From Candidatus Bathyarchaeota archaeon RBG_13_38_9 (GTDB taxonomy: Archaea > Thermoproteota > Bathyarchaeia > 40CM-2-53-6 > RBG-13-38-9), in assembly GCA_001775955.1 (NCBI GenBank), contig MEZD01000001.1, positions 18,483 to 71,348 on the forward strand: 52,866 nt of DNA, in the 5' to 3' direction. The position numbers were made by a program, and so were the translations under genes. This document shows positions 26,545-35,057 of this stretch, piece after piece; position 1 is the stretch's first letter; each line of letters begins with the position of its first letter. The notes beneath the pieces were generated by a model that worked only from the letters and a program-made list of their open reading frames with translations, was not told where the DNA came from and did not search any database.

Positions 26545-27867
26545 TTATCTTTCCGACCATTTGGGCATCGGATAGAGTAATTCAGCATTCTTTACTTCTG
26601 GAGGCCACACACATTTCTTTATCCCATTCTGCCATTGCATAACAGCAACTTGATGCCCAATCTGAATTCCATATTCATCGGTCTTAAAATGTCCGTAGAA
26701 CCCTTTGAATTCAACCTCTTTTCTTACAGTTTCTCTTAGACTTTTAGGATTCATAGGTTCAGCGCATTTCTCCATGGCCATTTGTATTGCCAAACCTTGA
26801 GTGAACCCAATCGCAGAACTATATTCTGGTTCATAACCATACTCAGCTACATAGGCGGCTATGTACTCATCGTGTGTAGGTCCATAATCTACATCATAAA
26901 TTACACCAATCTCCCATTGAGTATTAGTTAATATATAATCACCATATGGAGAGACCGCATCATACCATTCAGAAGTAACAGTACCTGTACCTGGATAGAG
27001 TAGTTTTACGTTTATATCGAGTTCTTCACATTGCCTTGTTATTAGTATCGCGTCTCCGTAACCAGAACCAGCTAATAATATCGAAACCTCTGGGTCCGAA
27101 GCTTTGACCTTGCTCAATAAAGGCGAGAGATCTGTTGTATCAGTATGATATTTCTCATATACGAGGAGATTCACTCCTCTTTCCTTAGCATATTCATATC
27201 CACCTACTCCAGCGGTATTACGGAAAATATCATCTCCATGAATTATCGCCATATTTTTTGCATTTGGATCAAGTTCTGGTACTATGTAATCCATAGTCAT
27301 ATCAATCATTGATCTTAGGTACGCGTTACCGTTCGTGCAAACGTGAACTACATATTCACCATATTCGCTTTTCCATTGAGCTGGATCATAACTAGCCGTA
27401 CCATAAAACTCAAGCTTGTTATACCTCATAACAACTGGAACCGTCGCCATACCTAGAGGGCCAGATACCGGTCCAAAAAGGTAATCCACCTTATCCTCAA
27501 CAATAAGCTTCTCAAAAAATCTTCCAACATTTTCGGGCTTGGATTCATCATTATAATGAATTAGTTCAACTTCGTATGTGTTTCCGTCTCCAGCCTTAAT
27601 GCCACCAGCCTCATTAATCATCTTGACCCAAAGCATTGTTCCATTAAGTTCGTTTCTTCCGTAGATGGCATCTCGTCCAGTCAACGGTCTAGTAGTTCCA
27701 ATCTTAACTTTTCTTTTTTCCCCAACTGGAGTTGTCATTGACGGAATTTGGTCAGATGGTGTGTAATAATTAGACAGACCGTAACCAGCGGCTGCAATTG
27801 CTCCTACTGCTACTGCAGCTCCAGCATACTTGAGATACTTCCTTCGACCAATCTTGTCATCACTCAA
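26545..27867 (-). CDS. Type I periplasmic-binding-fold solute-binding protein (LivJ/Peripla_BP_6-like) with a twin-arginine signal.
   Basis: N-terminus GRRKYLKYAGAAVAVGAIAAAGYG is a Tat-like RR signal plus hydrophobic region. The body is collinear with the paralogue at 31683-33020 (for example GGIKAGDGNTYEVELI.YNDESKPENV in both). Confidence 0.8.
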   Translation of the reverse strand: MSDDKIGRRKYLKYAGAAVAVGAIAAAGYGLSNYYTPSDQIPSMTTPVGEKRKVKIGTTRPLTGRDAIYGRNELNGTMLWVKMINEAGGIKAGDGNTYEVELIHYNDESKPENVGRFFEKLIVEDKVDYLFGPVSGPLGMATVPVVMRYNKLEFYGTASYDPAQWKSEYGEYVVHVCTNGNAYLRSMIDMTMDYIVPELDPNAKNMAIIHGDDIFRNTAGVGGYEYAKERGVNLLVYEKYHTDTTDLSPLLSKVKASDPEVSILLAGSGYGDAILITRQCEELDINVKLLYPGTGTVTSEWYDAVSPYGDYILTNTQWEIGVIYDVDYGPTHDEYIAAYVAEYGYEPEYSSAIGFTQGLAIQMAMEKCAEPMNPKSLRETVRKEVEFKGFYGHFKTDEYGIQIGHQVAVMQWQNGIKKCVWPPEVKNAELLYPMPKWSER

Positions 27868-27964
27868 TGAAAATAACCTCTTGATTCTTCCATATTATCA
27901 ACTAAAATACATATTAACATTAGGGAATCCTAAGATGACACTATTCAAAATTTCTAATGCATTC

Positions 27965-28378
27965 TTATGGATATTGAACTTGAGACTCTGGAAGCTTAAT
28001 AATTCGTCCACTACGTTCAAGTCGAATCTCAAGAATCCCAGCATATACCCGTCCATGACATTTCTGCACTCGAATCCGATCTCCGATAGCTAAAGAATCT
28101 GCTAAATCTCTCGATCGGTATCTTACAAATATTTTTCCAGTTTCATCATCTAGAAGGATCATGAAAGCATTCATGTCGACAATCTTTCCTTGTATACTGA
28201 CATTTCTAATACCGTCACTGATGTCTTTGATCTTCACTCTTAATCCACCAAATTTCAACAAATTATGAAAGTAATCATTTACAATATATTTTTGTGACTT
28301 TGAAGATGGAACAATCTTCCTATTAATAATATACCTCGCTTTCCAATTAAATCTGTTTAAAAAGTATTTCTCTGACAC
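27965..28378 (-). CDS. Hypothetical protein, possibly with an OB-fold.
   Basis: 137 aa. The C-terminal half (VSIQGKIVDM...ILLDDETGKIFVRY...GDRIRVQKCHGRVYAGILEIRL) has the beta-rich pattern of single-OB nucleic-acid-binding domains. Tentative. Confidence 0.4.
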   Translation of the reverse strand: MSEKYFLNRFNWKARYIINRKIVPSSKSQKYIVNDYFHNLLKFGGLRVKIKDISDGIRNVSIQGKIVDMNAFMILLDDETGKIFVRYRSRDLADSLAIGDRIRVQKCHGRVYAGILEIRLERSGRIIKLPESQVQYP

Positions 28379-28463
28379 ATTCTACCTCTAAATAGAGTCC
28401 GCACTATTTCTGTTGAACTAAAGGTAGTTGCATAAATTAGAATTGGAGAAAGCATAATATTTT

Positions 28464-28904
28464 TTACCTATTTGGTGATCCGGATTTTTGAGCTGTGATT
28501 GTTGTTACAACTAGCCTATTCTGTCTAACTCCTCTTTTTTTCATTATTTCTTCAGATAACTTCCTTGCTAATTTCGCATCACCTTTTACAGCAATAATTT
28601 CTAGACAATGGTTTTTATCAAGATGAAGATGAGTCGTAGAGCTGATTATGTTCTGGTAAATATGTTGAATATCAGTAAGACCCTCTTCCAATCCTCTAAC
28701 GTTGTGGTCATAGATTATCACTAATCCACCCGCAACGTCTTCCTTGACATCATGACTCAATTTATAATCATCTAGAAAACTTCTCATCGCTGTCTGTATA
28801 GCTTTTGATCTATCATAACCAATTTTCTTGATAGTAGTATCAAACTCCTCAACAAGTTTTTGCGGAGCAGAGACGCTGATTCTAAAGACGTTCTCGGATC
28901 TCAA
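28464..28904 (-). CDS. nikR: Nickel-responsive regulator NikR (RHH plus a C-terminal metal-binding ACT-like domain).
   Basis: N-terminal RHH (FRISVSAPQKLVEEFDTTIKKIGYDRSKAIQTAMRSFL). The C-terminal domain carries conserved His/Cys (TTHLHLDKNHCLEIIAVKG). It is divergent from the cbiM-like gene. TTG start. Confidence 0.85.
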   Translation of the reverse strand: MRSENVFRISVSAPQKLVEEFDTTIKKIGYDRSKAIQTAMRSFLDDYKLSHDVKEDVAGGLVIIYDHNVRGLEEGLTDIQHIYQNIISSTTHLHLDKNHCLEIIAVKGDAKLARKLSEEIMKKRGVRQNRLVVTTITAQKSGSPNR

Positions 28905-28921
28905 AATGATTACCTGAACAC

Positions 28922-28950
28922 ATTATTAATGCCGATAAACCTTTAATACT
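28922..28950. promoter_or_regulatory. Candidate operator, an imperfect inverted repeat in the nikR/cbiM divergent intergenic region.
   Basis: ATTATTAA-N13-TTAATACT with 7/8 complementarity. This is weak evidence because the region is very AT-rich. Confidence 0.2.
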
Positions 28951-28995
28951 GCTATTATTACTAATTTGAAAAAAAGTATTACTGACGGGACATCT

Positions 28996-29646
28996 ATGCA
29001 CATACCTGACGGATTTCTCGACATTACAACGGCAACTGTTACTTACATCATATTCATCGTGTTTGGATACTATGCACTTAGAAAAATCAGAGGAATGATG
29101 GAATCTGAAATGATCTCTTTCGTATCTATCCTTGCGGCAGGAATCTTTGCTGTACAAATGTTGAATTGGCCGCTTCCAGGAGGAACAAGTCTGCATTTTG
29201 TTGGAGGAGCATTAGCTGGTATCTTATTAGGACCATGGCTCGGATTCCTAACAATATGCTCAGTTGTACTTGTACAGGCCTTTATATTTCATGATGGTGG
29301 AATAACTACCCTCGGAGCAAACGCACTTAATATGGCCATAATTGCCGTCCTCATTGGACATTTCAGTTATGAATTTCTAATTAGAAATTTTGGGAATCGA
29401 GATTCTATTCGATTCCTTGGAGCATTCTTGGGAGGATGGTTAGGAATAGTAATTGCTGGAGCCGCGGTAGCCATTCAGATAGGCTACTCACAATCATTTC
29501 CATACGGAATTGCCATCACCATCCCTGTCATGGTTGGATGGCATGCAGTACTTGGAATAATAGAGGGAATCATAACAGGATTAACCATCATCTACCTATC
29601 GCGAAGAGCACCTCAGTTACTATCAATCAGAGGAGACGTCAAATAA
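28996..29646 (+). CDS. cbiM: ECF transporter substrate-capture component CbiM/NikM (Ni/Co).
   Basis: The start is placed at ATG 28996 to give the family-defining N-terminus MHIPDGFLD, in which Met1-His2 ligate the metal. The track start 28966 adds 10 aa. The protein is polytopic. Confidence 0.9.
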   Translation: MHIPDGFLDITTATVTYIIFIVFGYYALRKIRGMMESEMISFVSILAAGIFAVQMLNWPLPGGTSLHFVGGALAGILLGPWLGFLTICSVVLVQAFIFHDGGITTLGANALNMAIIAVLIGHFSYEFLIRNFGNRDSIRFLGAFLGGWLGIVIAGAAVAIQIGYSQSFPYGIAITIPVMVGWHAVLGIIEGIITGLTIIYLSRRAPQLLSIRGDVK

Positions 29647-29669
29647 TTTTTCTTAAAACGAAAACTCTG

Positions 29670-29933
29670 ATGTTTCTAGCAATCATAGTTCTTGTAAGCC
29701 CAATTTTTGGAATAATACTAGCTGACATAGTAGGATTTCATGAACCCCTTGATATTGCAGCTGAAAGACTTGAACTTCAGGATTTATCCAAAAACATGAA
29801 TTGGACACCACTATTCAAGTACAATATACCCGGTATTTCCCCAGAAATTGGATACATAATCTCTGGCTTACTAGGAATCGCTATAATATTAGGTGCAGGT
29901 CTCATCTTCAAAGGGTTTGTGAAACAACACTGA
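29670..29933 (+). CDS. Small two-TM ECF accessory component in the CbiN/NikN position (PDGLE-domain-like).
   Basis: ATG 29670 gives an 87-aa protein: TM, then HEPLDIAAERLEL (PDGLE-like position), then a C-terminal TM. The 5' part of track ORF 29436-29933 overlaps cbiM out of frame and is rejected. Confidence 0.65.
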   Translation: MFLAIIVLVSPIFGIILADIVGFHEPLDIAAERLELQDLSKNMNWTPLFKYNIPGISPEIGYIISGLLGIAIILGAGLIFKGFVKQH

Positions 29934-29968
29934 AAATAAAAACACTCACCATCAAATTTCTTGAAGGG

Positions 29969-30649
29969 TTGGCAGAAACAATTGACTCCTTAAATACTGA
30001 GGCGAGAGTTCCTCTAAATAGGCCTTTAGCCACAGCTTCTGCTTTGATTCTTACCAGTGCAGTTGCTTTTAGTCACAATTTCGAATTTCCTTTGCTAATA
30101 TTATTATTAAGTATAGGAATCATGATTTTGACTAATACACCTCTCCGGTCGTGGATGAGAATCATAACATTGACTCTAGCTTGGGTAATCCTAGTTTCAA
30201 TTCCCTTACCCTTCATAACTCCTGGGGAACCAGTTATGAGTTTTACATTCAATTCAATGGTTCTAAATGTCACTGAAGAAGGCTTTCACATAATGATTAT
30301 ATTCATATTAAGAATCGTTTCCGCTTCATCAATATTCACAGCTTTCGTATTGATCATTGGCTGGAGAGGAATAATTAGAGGACTGGAGTTTTTCCGCATC
30401 CCCAGAGAACTGACACTCTTGTTGAAACTATCAGTCATACATATACCATTGACAATTCGTGAAGCTGCAAAGATAATATCTGCGAGAGATGCACGAATCA
30501 TGAAAGATATCGGAGTCAAGAAACTTTGGATAACTCTAGCCAGTGTTGTTGGAGAACTTTTTCTAAGAAGTTATGAGCGTGCTTGGAGAGTTGACAAAGC
30601 AATTAAAGCTCGAAGCTTCGAGTCGACAAATAATTTTTCGAGGTTTTAA
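29969..30649 (+). CDS. cbiQ: ECF transporter transmembrane (T) component CbiQ.
   Basis: Polytopic protein with a C-terminal R-rich coupling region (ISARDARIM ... SYERAWRVDKAIKARS) typical of CbiQ/EcfT. The start is uncertain. TTG 29969 is chosen to avoid overlap with the preceding gene, whereas the track ORF opens at 29801. Confidence 0.7.
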   Translation: MAETIDSLNTEARVPLNRPLATASALILTSAVAFSHNFEFPLLILLLSIGIMILTNTPLRSWMRIITLTLAWVILVSIPLPFITPGEPVMSFTFNSMVLNVTEEGFHIMIIFILRIVSASSIFTAFVLIIGWRGIIRGLEFFRIPRELTLLLKLSVIHIPLTIREAAKIISARDARIMKDIGVKKLWITLASVVGELFLRSYERAWRVDKAIKARSFESTNNFSRF

Positions 30650-30717
30650 ATTGATTAGAATTTTACAATTTCAAAAGACGACGTCTAATTTTAGTAATTC
30701 AAAATTGAAAACCTGAG

Positions 30718-31551
30718 ATGCGTTCAGTCATGCTACTAAGAGTGGATAACATCGGATTCGAATATCCTGGAGGACCCGAGATCCTGAAGGAAGCGACTTT
30801 TAACGCCGATAAAGGAGAGATAGTTGCCATAATTGGTCCAAATGGAAGCGGCAAAACTACATTACTCATGGTAGCGGCTGGACTTTTGGATCCCAGTAAG
30901 GGTATTGTCTACGTAGAAGACAAACCGTTAAGAGAACAGCTTCCTAAAATTCGCAGTAGAATAGGTTTAGTCTTCCAAGAGCCCGATGATCAACTCTTCA
31001 ATCCAACAGTCTATGAAGAGTTAGCATTTGCCCTTCGACAGCTTTTAAATTCTGTAGAAGAAGTTGATGAAAAAGTTAAAAAGATCACTAAAAAATTTGA
31101 TCTAAAAGAAATTATTAACAAGCCTCCTTACAAACTTAGTATAGGAGAGAAACGCATAGTTGCTTTAGCTTCAATTATCGCTTACGACCCCGATATTCTT
31201 TTACTTGATGAACCAACCGCCAACCTGAGCTCCAGGCCAGTAAAAACGATTGAAGAAATACTTCAAGAAGCAAAGAAATCAGGAAAAGTCGTTGTTATTG
31301 CTTCACATGACGTTGAATTCGTAGCTTCCGTATCAGACCGTATTTACGTTATTGATAGAGGCTCAATTATTGGAGGTATTAATGCCAGATCTATATTATC
31401 AGATGATAGTATGCTTGCTATAGCTGATATGAATCCACCTCTTGTTCTTCAAACTTTAAGAGAACTTGGACTTGAATCAGAAAATACTCCCATGACCATC
31501 AGAGAATTATCCAAAAAAGCATGTAGTGAAAAGACTTCTAAATTTACATAG
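30718..31551 (+). CDS. cbiO: ECF transporter ATPase component CbiO.
   Basis: Walker A GPNGSGKTT, signature LSIGEKR, Walker B ILLLDEPT and the H-loop SHD. Confidence 0.9.
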   Translation: MRSVMLLRVDNIGFEYPGGPEILKEATFNADKGEIVAIIGPNGSGKTTLLMVAAGLLDPSKGIVYVEDKPLREQLPKIRSRIGLVFQEPDDQLFNPTVYEELAFALRQLLNSVEEVDEKVKKITKKFDLKEIINKPPYKLSIGEKRIVALASIIAYDPDILLLDEPTANLSSRPVKTIEEILQEAKKSGKVVVIASHDVEFVASVSDRIYVIDRGSIIGGINARSILSDDSMLAIADMNPPLVLQTLRELGLESENTPMTIRELSKKACSEKTSKFT

Positions 31552-31682
31552 TTAATTACTAAGACTGGACATTTTCATTAGTGATATTATTTCACTGATT
31601 AAGATGTCAGCGTGTATATTCTATATATGCAAAAGATTATGTACCTTCAAAATACACTTTTCAGAGAACTAAAAAAAGGGGC

Positions 31683-33020
31683 TTGGTGAAAAAACGTTTG
31701 AGCGAAAATAAAATCAGCCGAAGAAAATATTTGAAATATGCTGGGGCTGCAGTAGCGGTAGGAGCAATCGCCGCCACAGGATATGGCATATCTCAATACT
31801 ACCAGCCGTCTAAACCAACAACACCAATACCCACAACCCCAACACCGACGGTAACTACAAATGGAAAGAGAAAAGTCAAGATCGGAGGCACTAAACCTCT
31901 TACTGGAATAGAATCATATACAGGCAGGCAAGAGCATAATGGAAATGTACTTTGGGCTAATACGGTTAATGAGGCTGGTGGCATTAAGGCTGGAGACGGA
32001 AACACATACGAAGTTGAACTAATCACTTATAATGATGAATCCAAACCCGAAAATGTGCCTAGACTATATGAGAAACTGATTGTCGAAGATCAAGTAGACT
32101 TTTTATTTGGACCGGCGTGGGGGCCACTCGGCATGGCGACAGTTCCTATTGTTGAGAAATATCGTAAGTTCGAAGTATATGGCACATGCTCTTTTGATCC
32201 AAGAGATTATAGAGATTGGAAATACATCGTTCACACTATTACTAATGGACCAGGATACATGCCTGGCATCTTGGACATGATCTGGGAACGTATTGTTCCT
32301 TATGATCCTGAAGCAAAGAATGTTGCAATAATTCATGGTGACGATGCTTTCCGAATGACTGCTGGTTCATATGGTAAGGAATATGCTGATGAAAAAGGCT
32401 TCAATGTGGTTTTTTATGATTCATATGGTTCAGGCACCACAGACCTGACTCCAATACTGACTAAAGCTAAAGCTGCTGAACCTGCCATATTTCTTAATCC
32501 TGGATCCTTTGTCGATGCTATGCTACTCATGAAACAAATGCGTGAACTTGATTTCAACATAAAACTCATCTGGCCAGGTACAGGTGCCGTTCTAGGAGAA
32601 TTTTATGATTCTAATGGAAAATATGCTGAAGGCTGTGTAACTTGTACTCAATGGGAGGAGGGTTTCCTCTACAGACAAGATTTTGGTCCAAGCCATGATG
32701 AATTCATAGCTGCATATCAGAAAAATTATGAGATGACAAATTATACCGCAGCAACCGGATATCAGCAAGGATTAGTTGTACAGAAAGCTATGGAGCACTC
32801 TAGTGATCCGCTGGACTCCGATTCTGTAAGAAAGGCAGCTGGTGAGATAGAGATGACAACATTCTACGGTAAATACAAAGTTGACCCAGTAACAGGTTGG
32901 CAAATAGGACATCAGATGGGTGTTGTTCAATGGCAAAATGGAAAGAAGATGGTCGTATGGCCATTGGAAGCTGGTGCCAAGGAAGTTTGGTATCCTTTAA
33001 AAAAATGGTCTGAAATGTAG
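31683..33020 (+). CDS. Type I periplasmic-binding-fold solute-binding protein (LivJ/Peripla_BP_6-like) with a twin-arginine signal, paralogue of 26545-27867.
   Basis: SRRKYLKYAGAAVAVGAIAATGYG signal and a Thr/Pro-rich linker (PTTPIPTTPTPTVTT), with a body collinear with the paralogue. Confidence 0.8.
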   Translation: MVKKRLSENKISRRKYLKYAGAAVAVGAIAATGYGISQYYQPSKPTTPIPTTPTPTVTTNGKRKVKIGGTKPLTGIESYTGRQEHNGNVLWANTVNEAGGIKAGDGNTYEVELITYNDESKPENVPRLYEKLIVEDQVDFLFGPAWGPLGMATVPIVEKYRKFEVYGTCSFDPRDYRDWKYIVHTITNGPGYMPGILDMIWERIVPYDPEAKNVAIIHGDDAFRMTAGSYGKEYADEKGFNVVFYDSYGSGTTDLTPILTKAKAAEPAIFLNPGSFVDAMLLMKQMRELDFNIKLIWPGTGAVLGEFYDSNGKYAEGCVTCTQWEEGFLYRQDFGPSHDEFIAAYQKNYEMTNYTAATGYQQGLVVQKAMEHSSDPLDSDSVRKAAGEIEMTTFYGKYKVDPVTGWQIGHQMGVVQWQNGKKMVVWPLEAGAKEVWYPLKKWSEM

Positions 33021-33066
33021 AACACGTGCATCATAAGAAGAAAAGTAATATGTGAAATAATATATC

Positions 33067-33948
33067 TTAACCTTTTACAGCACCGAAAGTAAGACCTCTA
33101 ACTAGATATCGCTGAATAGCTAGGCCGAATGCAAGAGTAGGAATAACTGCTATACATCCTAAAGCTGCCATTACTCCGTACATATGCCCTGCATCAGATT
33201 CGAAAAGACCTATCTGAACAGGTATAGTGACTGCATACCTATGGGATATAGTTAATGCGACTATTAGATCACTCCAGTTTAGTATGAATATGAATAGAGC
33301 TGTTACTGCAAGACCCCCTCTGACAAGCGGCAATACGACTCTCACAAAAGTCATTGCTGGACTACATCCGTCCATAATAGCTGCCTCGTCTATCTCACGT
33401 GGTAGATCATCGAAGAAACTTCTCATTAGCCAAATCACGAAGGGTACTGGAAATAATCCGTATAACAAAATCATACCTATTGCACTGTCCAACAGACGAA
33501 TAGTAGAAAACCAGATGACTATTGGCATTAGAATTGCAATTGGAGGTAGCATCCTAAAGGTTAAAAACATATAATCGCCCGAAGCTCTATATCTAGACAT
33601 TGCGTATGCAGCTGTTGTCCCGATAAAAACTGAGAGAAGAGTCCCAAAAGTACTAAAAATGATACTGTTCATAATTGCTCTAGTCGCAGTATCATGGATA
33701 ATCGGATCCGTTGCTGGATTCACTAAACCCCACTCAGCCAAAGTCTCAACAGGAATAAATAATTGGAGATAGTTTAGCGTAGTTGGATTATTAGGCCACC
33801 ATAGAACCACACTAGGACTCCATTCAAAGAAGGGTTTTATTGACATCGTAAACATCCAATATAACGGGAATAACGCAAAGAAAACTACGCCTAATCCAAA
33901 AGAATACCGAATAATTGAAGAGATTATTTTCTCATAACGGGGATCCAT
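33067..33948 (-). CDS. ABC transporter permease (MalG/UgpE-like, carbohydrate-uptake type).
   Basis: Six-TM pattern. EAA loop: IDEAAIMDGCSPAMTFVRVVLPLVRGG. Confidence 0.85.
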   Translation of the reverse strand: MDPRYEKIISSIIRYSFGLGVVFFALFPLYWMFTMSIKPFFEWSPSVVLWWPNNPTTLNYLQLFIPVETLAEWGLVNPATDPIIHDTATRAIMNSIIFSTFGTLLSVFIGTTAAYAMSRYRASGDYMFLTFRMLPPIAILMPIVIWFSTIRLLDSAIGMILLYGLFPVPFVIWLMRSFFDDLPREIDEAAIMDGCSPAMTFVRVVLPLVRGGLAVTALFIFILNWSDLIVALTISHRYAVTIPVQIGLFESDAGHMYGVMAALGCIAVIPTLAFGLAIQRYLVRGLTFGAVKG

Positions 33949-33954
33949 AATGCA

Positions 33955-34854
33955 TCATTCTCCCCTTTGGGCAGCCCTCAGCGGCTTAACTGCGTACCAA
34001 GCTACAATAATACAAGCTATGAATATTATAAGACTCTGTGTCGCGGTTTTACCATATTTCAAATATTTAAAACCTGATTCGTAAAGATTCATAGTAATTG
34101 TCTGCGTTGCATATCCAGGACCGCCTTGTGTCATCATATAAGGATAATCAAAGATCTTGAGACTTTCAATAGCTCTAAGGAGTAATGCGATCATCATCGG
34201 TCTTTTCAACATTGGAATTATAACTCTCCGGAAAGCATACCACTTTGAAGCGCCCAAAACATATGCTGCGTTTATTGGCTCTTGAGGAAGAGACAATAAC
34301 GCTGCCGACATGATTAAGAAAATAAACGGAGTCCACTGCCAAATATCAGCAAGCATAATCGAGATGAGAGCCCAAGTTGGATTAGATAGGAAAGAAATCG
34401 ATATGCCTGTAAAAATTTGTAATAGGCCATTTACTGGACCACTTTCAACAAACATTAAGTAGAATACATAACCGCCAGCGGCTGGAACCACCATCATAGG
34501 AACTACCGCCACCAGAGTGACGAATTTTCTTCCAATGAATTTTCCCAGAAAAACATAGGCCAACAGGAATCCGAGCAGAAATTCGATTGGAACAACTACT
34601 GCACCTATAAAAAGTGTTCGTGCAACAGCGGCCAAGAATATCTGGTCATTGATGGCATATACGAAAGCGATTGGACCGATGAACTGTGCTCGCCACCAAT
34701 CGATAGTAAGTTGTGGTACCCAATTGGTCATACCAACATACCATGTTAGCGCGAAAGGGATAATTGCTATAAAATTCATAACTATTTGTACGGGCAAGAT
34801 CAGTAGAATCTTAAACTTTTCTGGTATTCTGAACCAGCTACTTAGACCTGCCAT
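33955..34854 (-). CDS. ABC transporter permease (MalF/UgpA-like).
   Basis: EAA loop INAAYVLGASKWYAFRRVIIPMLKRP. A 6-nt gap separates it from the partner permease gene. Confidence 0.85.
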   Translation of the reverse strand: MAGLSSWFRIPEKFKILLILPVQIVMNFIAIIPFALTWYVGMTNWVPQLTIDWWRAQFIGPIAFVYAINDQIFLAAVARTLFIGAVVVPIEFLLGFLLAYVFLGKFIGRKFVTLVAVVPMMVVPAAGGYVFYLMFVESGPVNGLLQIFTGISISFLSNPTWALISIMLADIWQWTPFIFLIMSAALLSLPQEPINAAYVLGASKWYAFRRVIIPMLKRPMMIALLLRAIESLKIFDYPYMMTQGGPGYATQTITMNLYESGFKYLKYGKTATQSLIIFIACIIVAWYAVKPLRAAQRGE

Positions 34855-35057
34855 ATTGAATGTTCACCTTTATTGAATATGACATTATCACCCACTATTA
34901 CATGTAGATAAAGATTTGCAACATACTTATAGTCTCAAAGTGCGTGCCAGTGTCAAAAAATTATTGTATGATATAGTTACGAGTTATTTCTGAATCACTA
35001 GATCATCCATATAGTTTTATAACTAATCTCTAACATAAACAAAATCAGTGCAACATT

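Noticed and set aside
28922-28950. A confident NikR operator.
   Set aside because: The inverted repeat is 7/8 in nearly pure A/T sequence, where such matches arise by chance. It is listed only as a low-confidence feature.
28882-29196. 104-aa minus-strand ORF spanning the nikR start and the cbiM 5' region.
   Set aside because: It overlaps two well-supported genes and their shared promoter region and has no recognisable motif. It is a likely spurious ORF.
29436-29669. 5' extension of track ORF 29436-29933, overlapping the cbiM 3' end.
   Set aside because: The extension is out of frame with cbiM and encodes His/Asn/Arg-rich nonsense (HHHPCHGW...). A clean 87-aa two-TM protein starts at ATG 29670, just after the cbiM stop.
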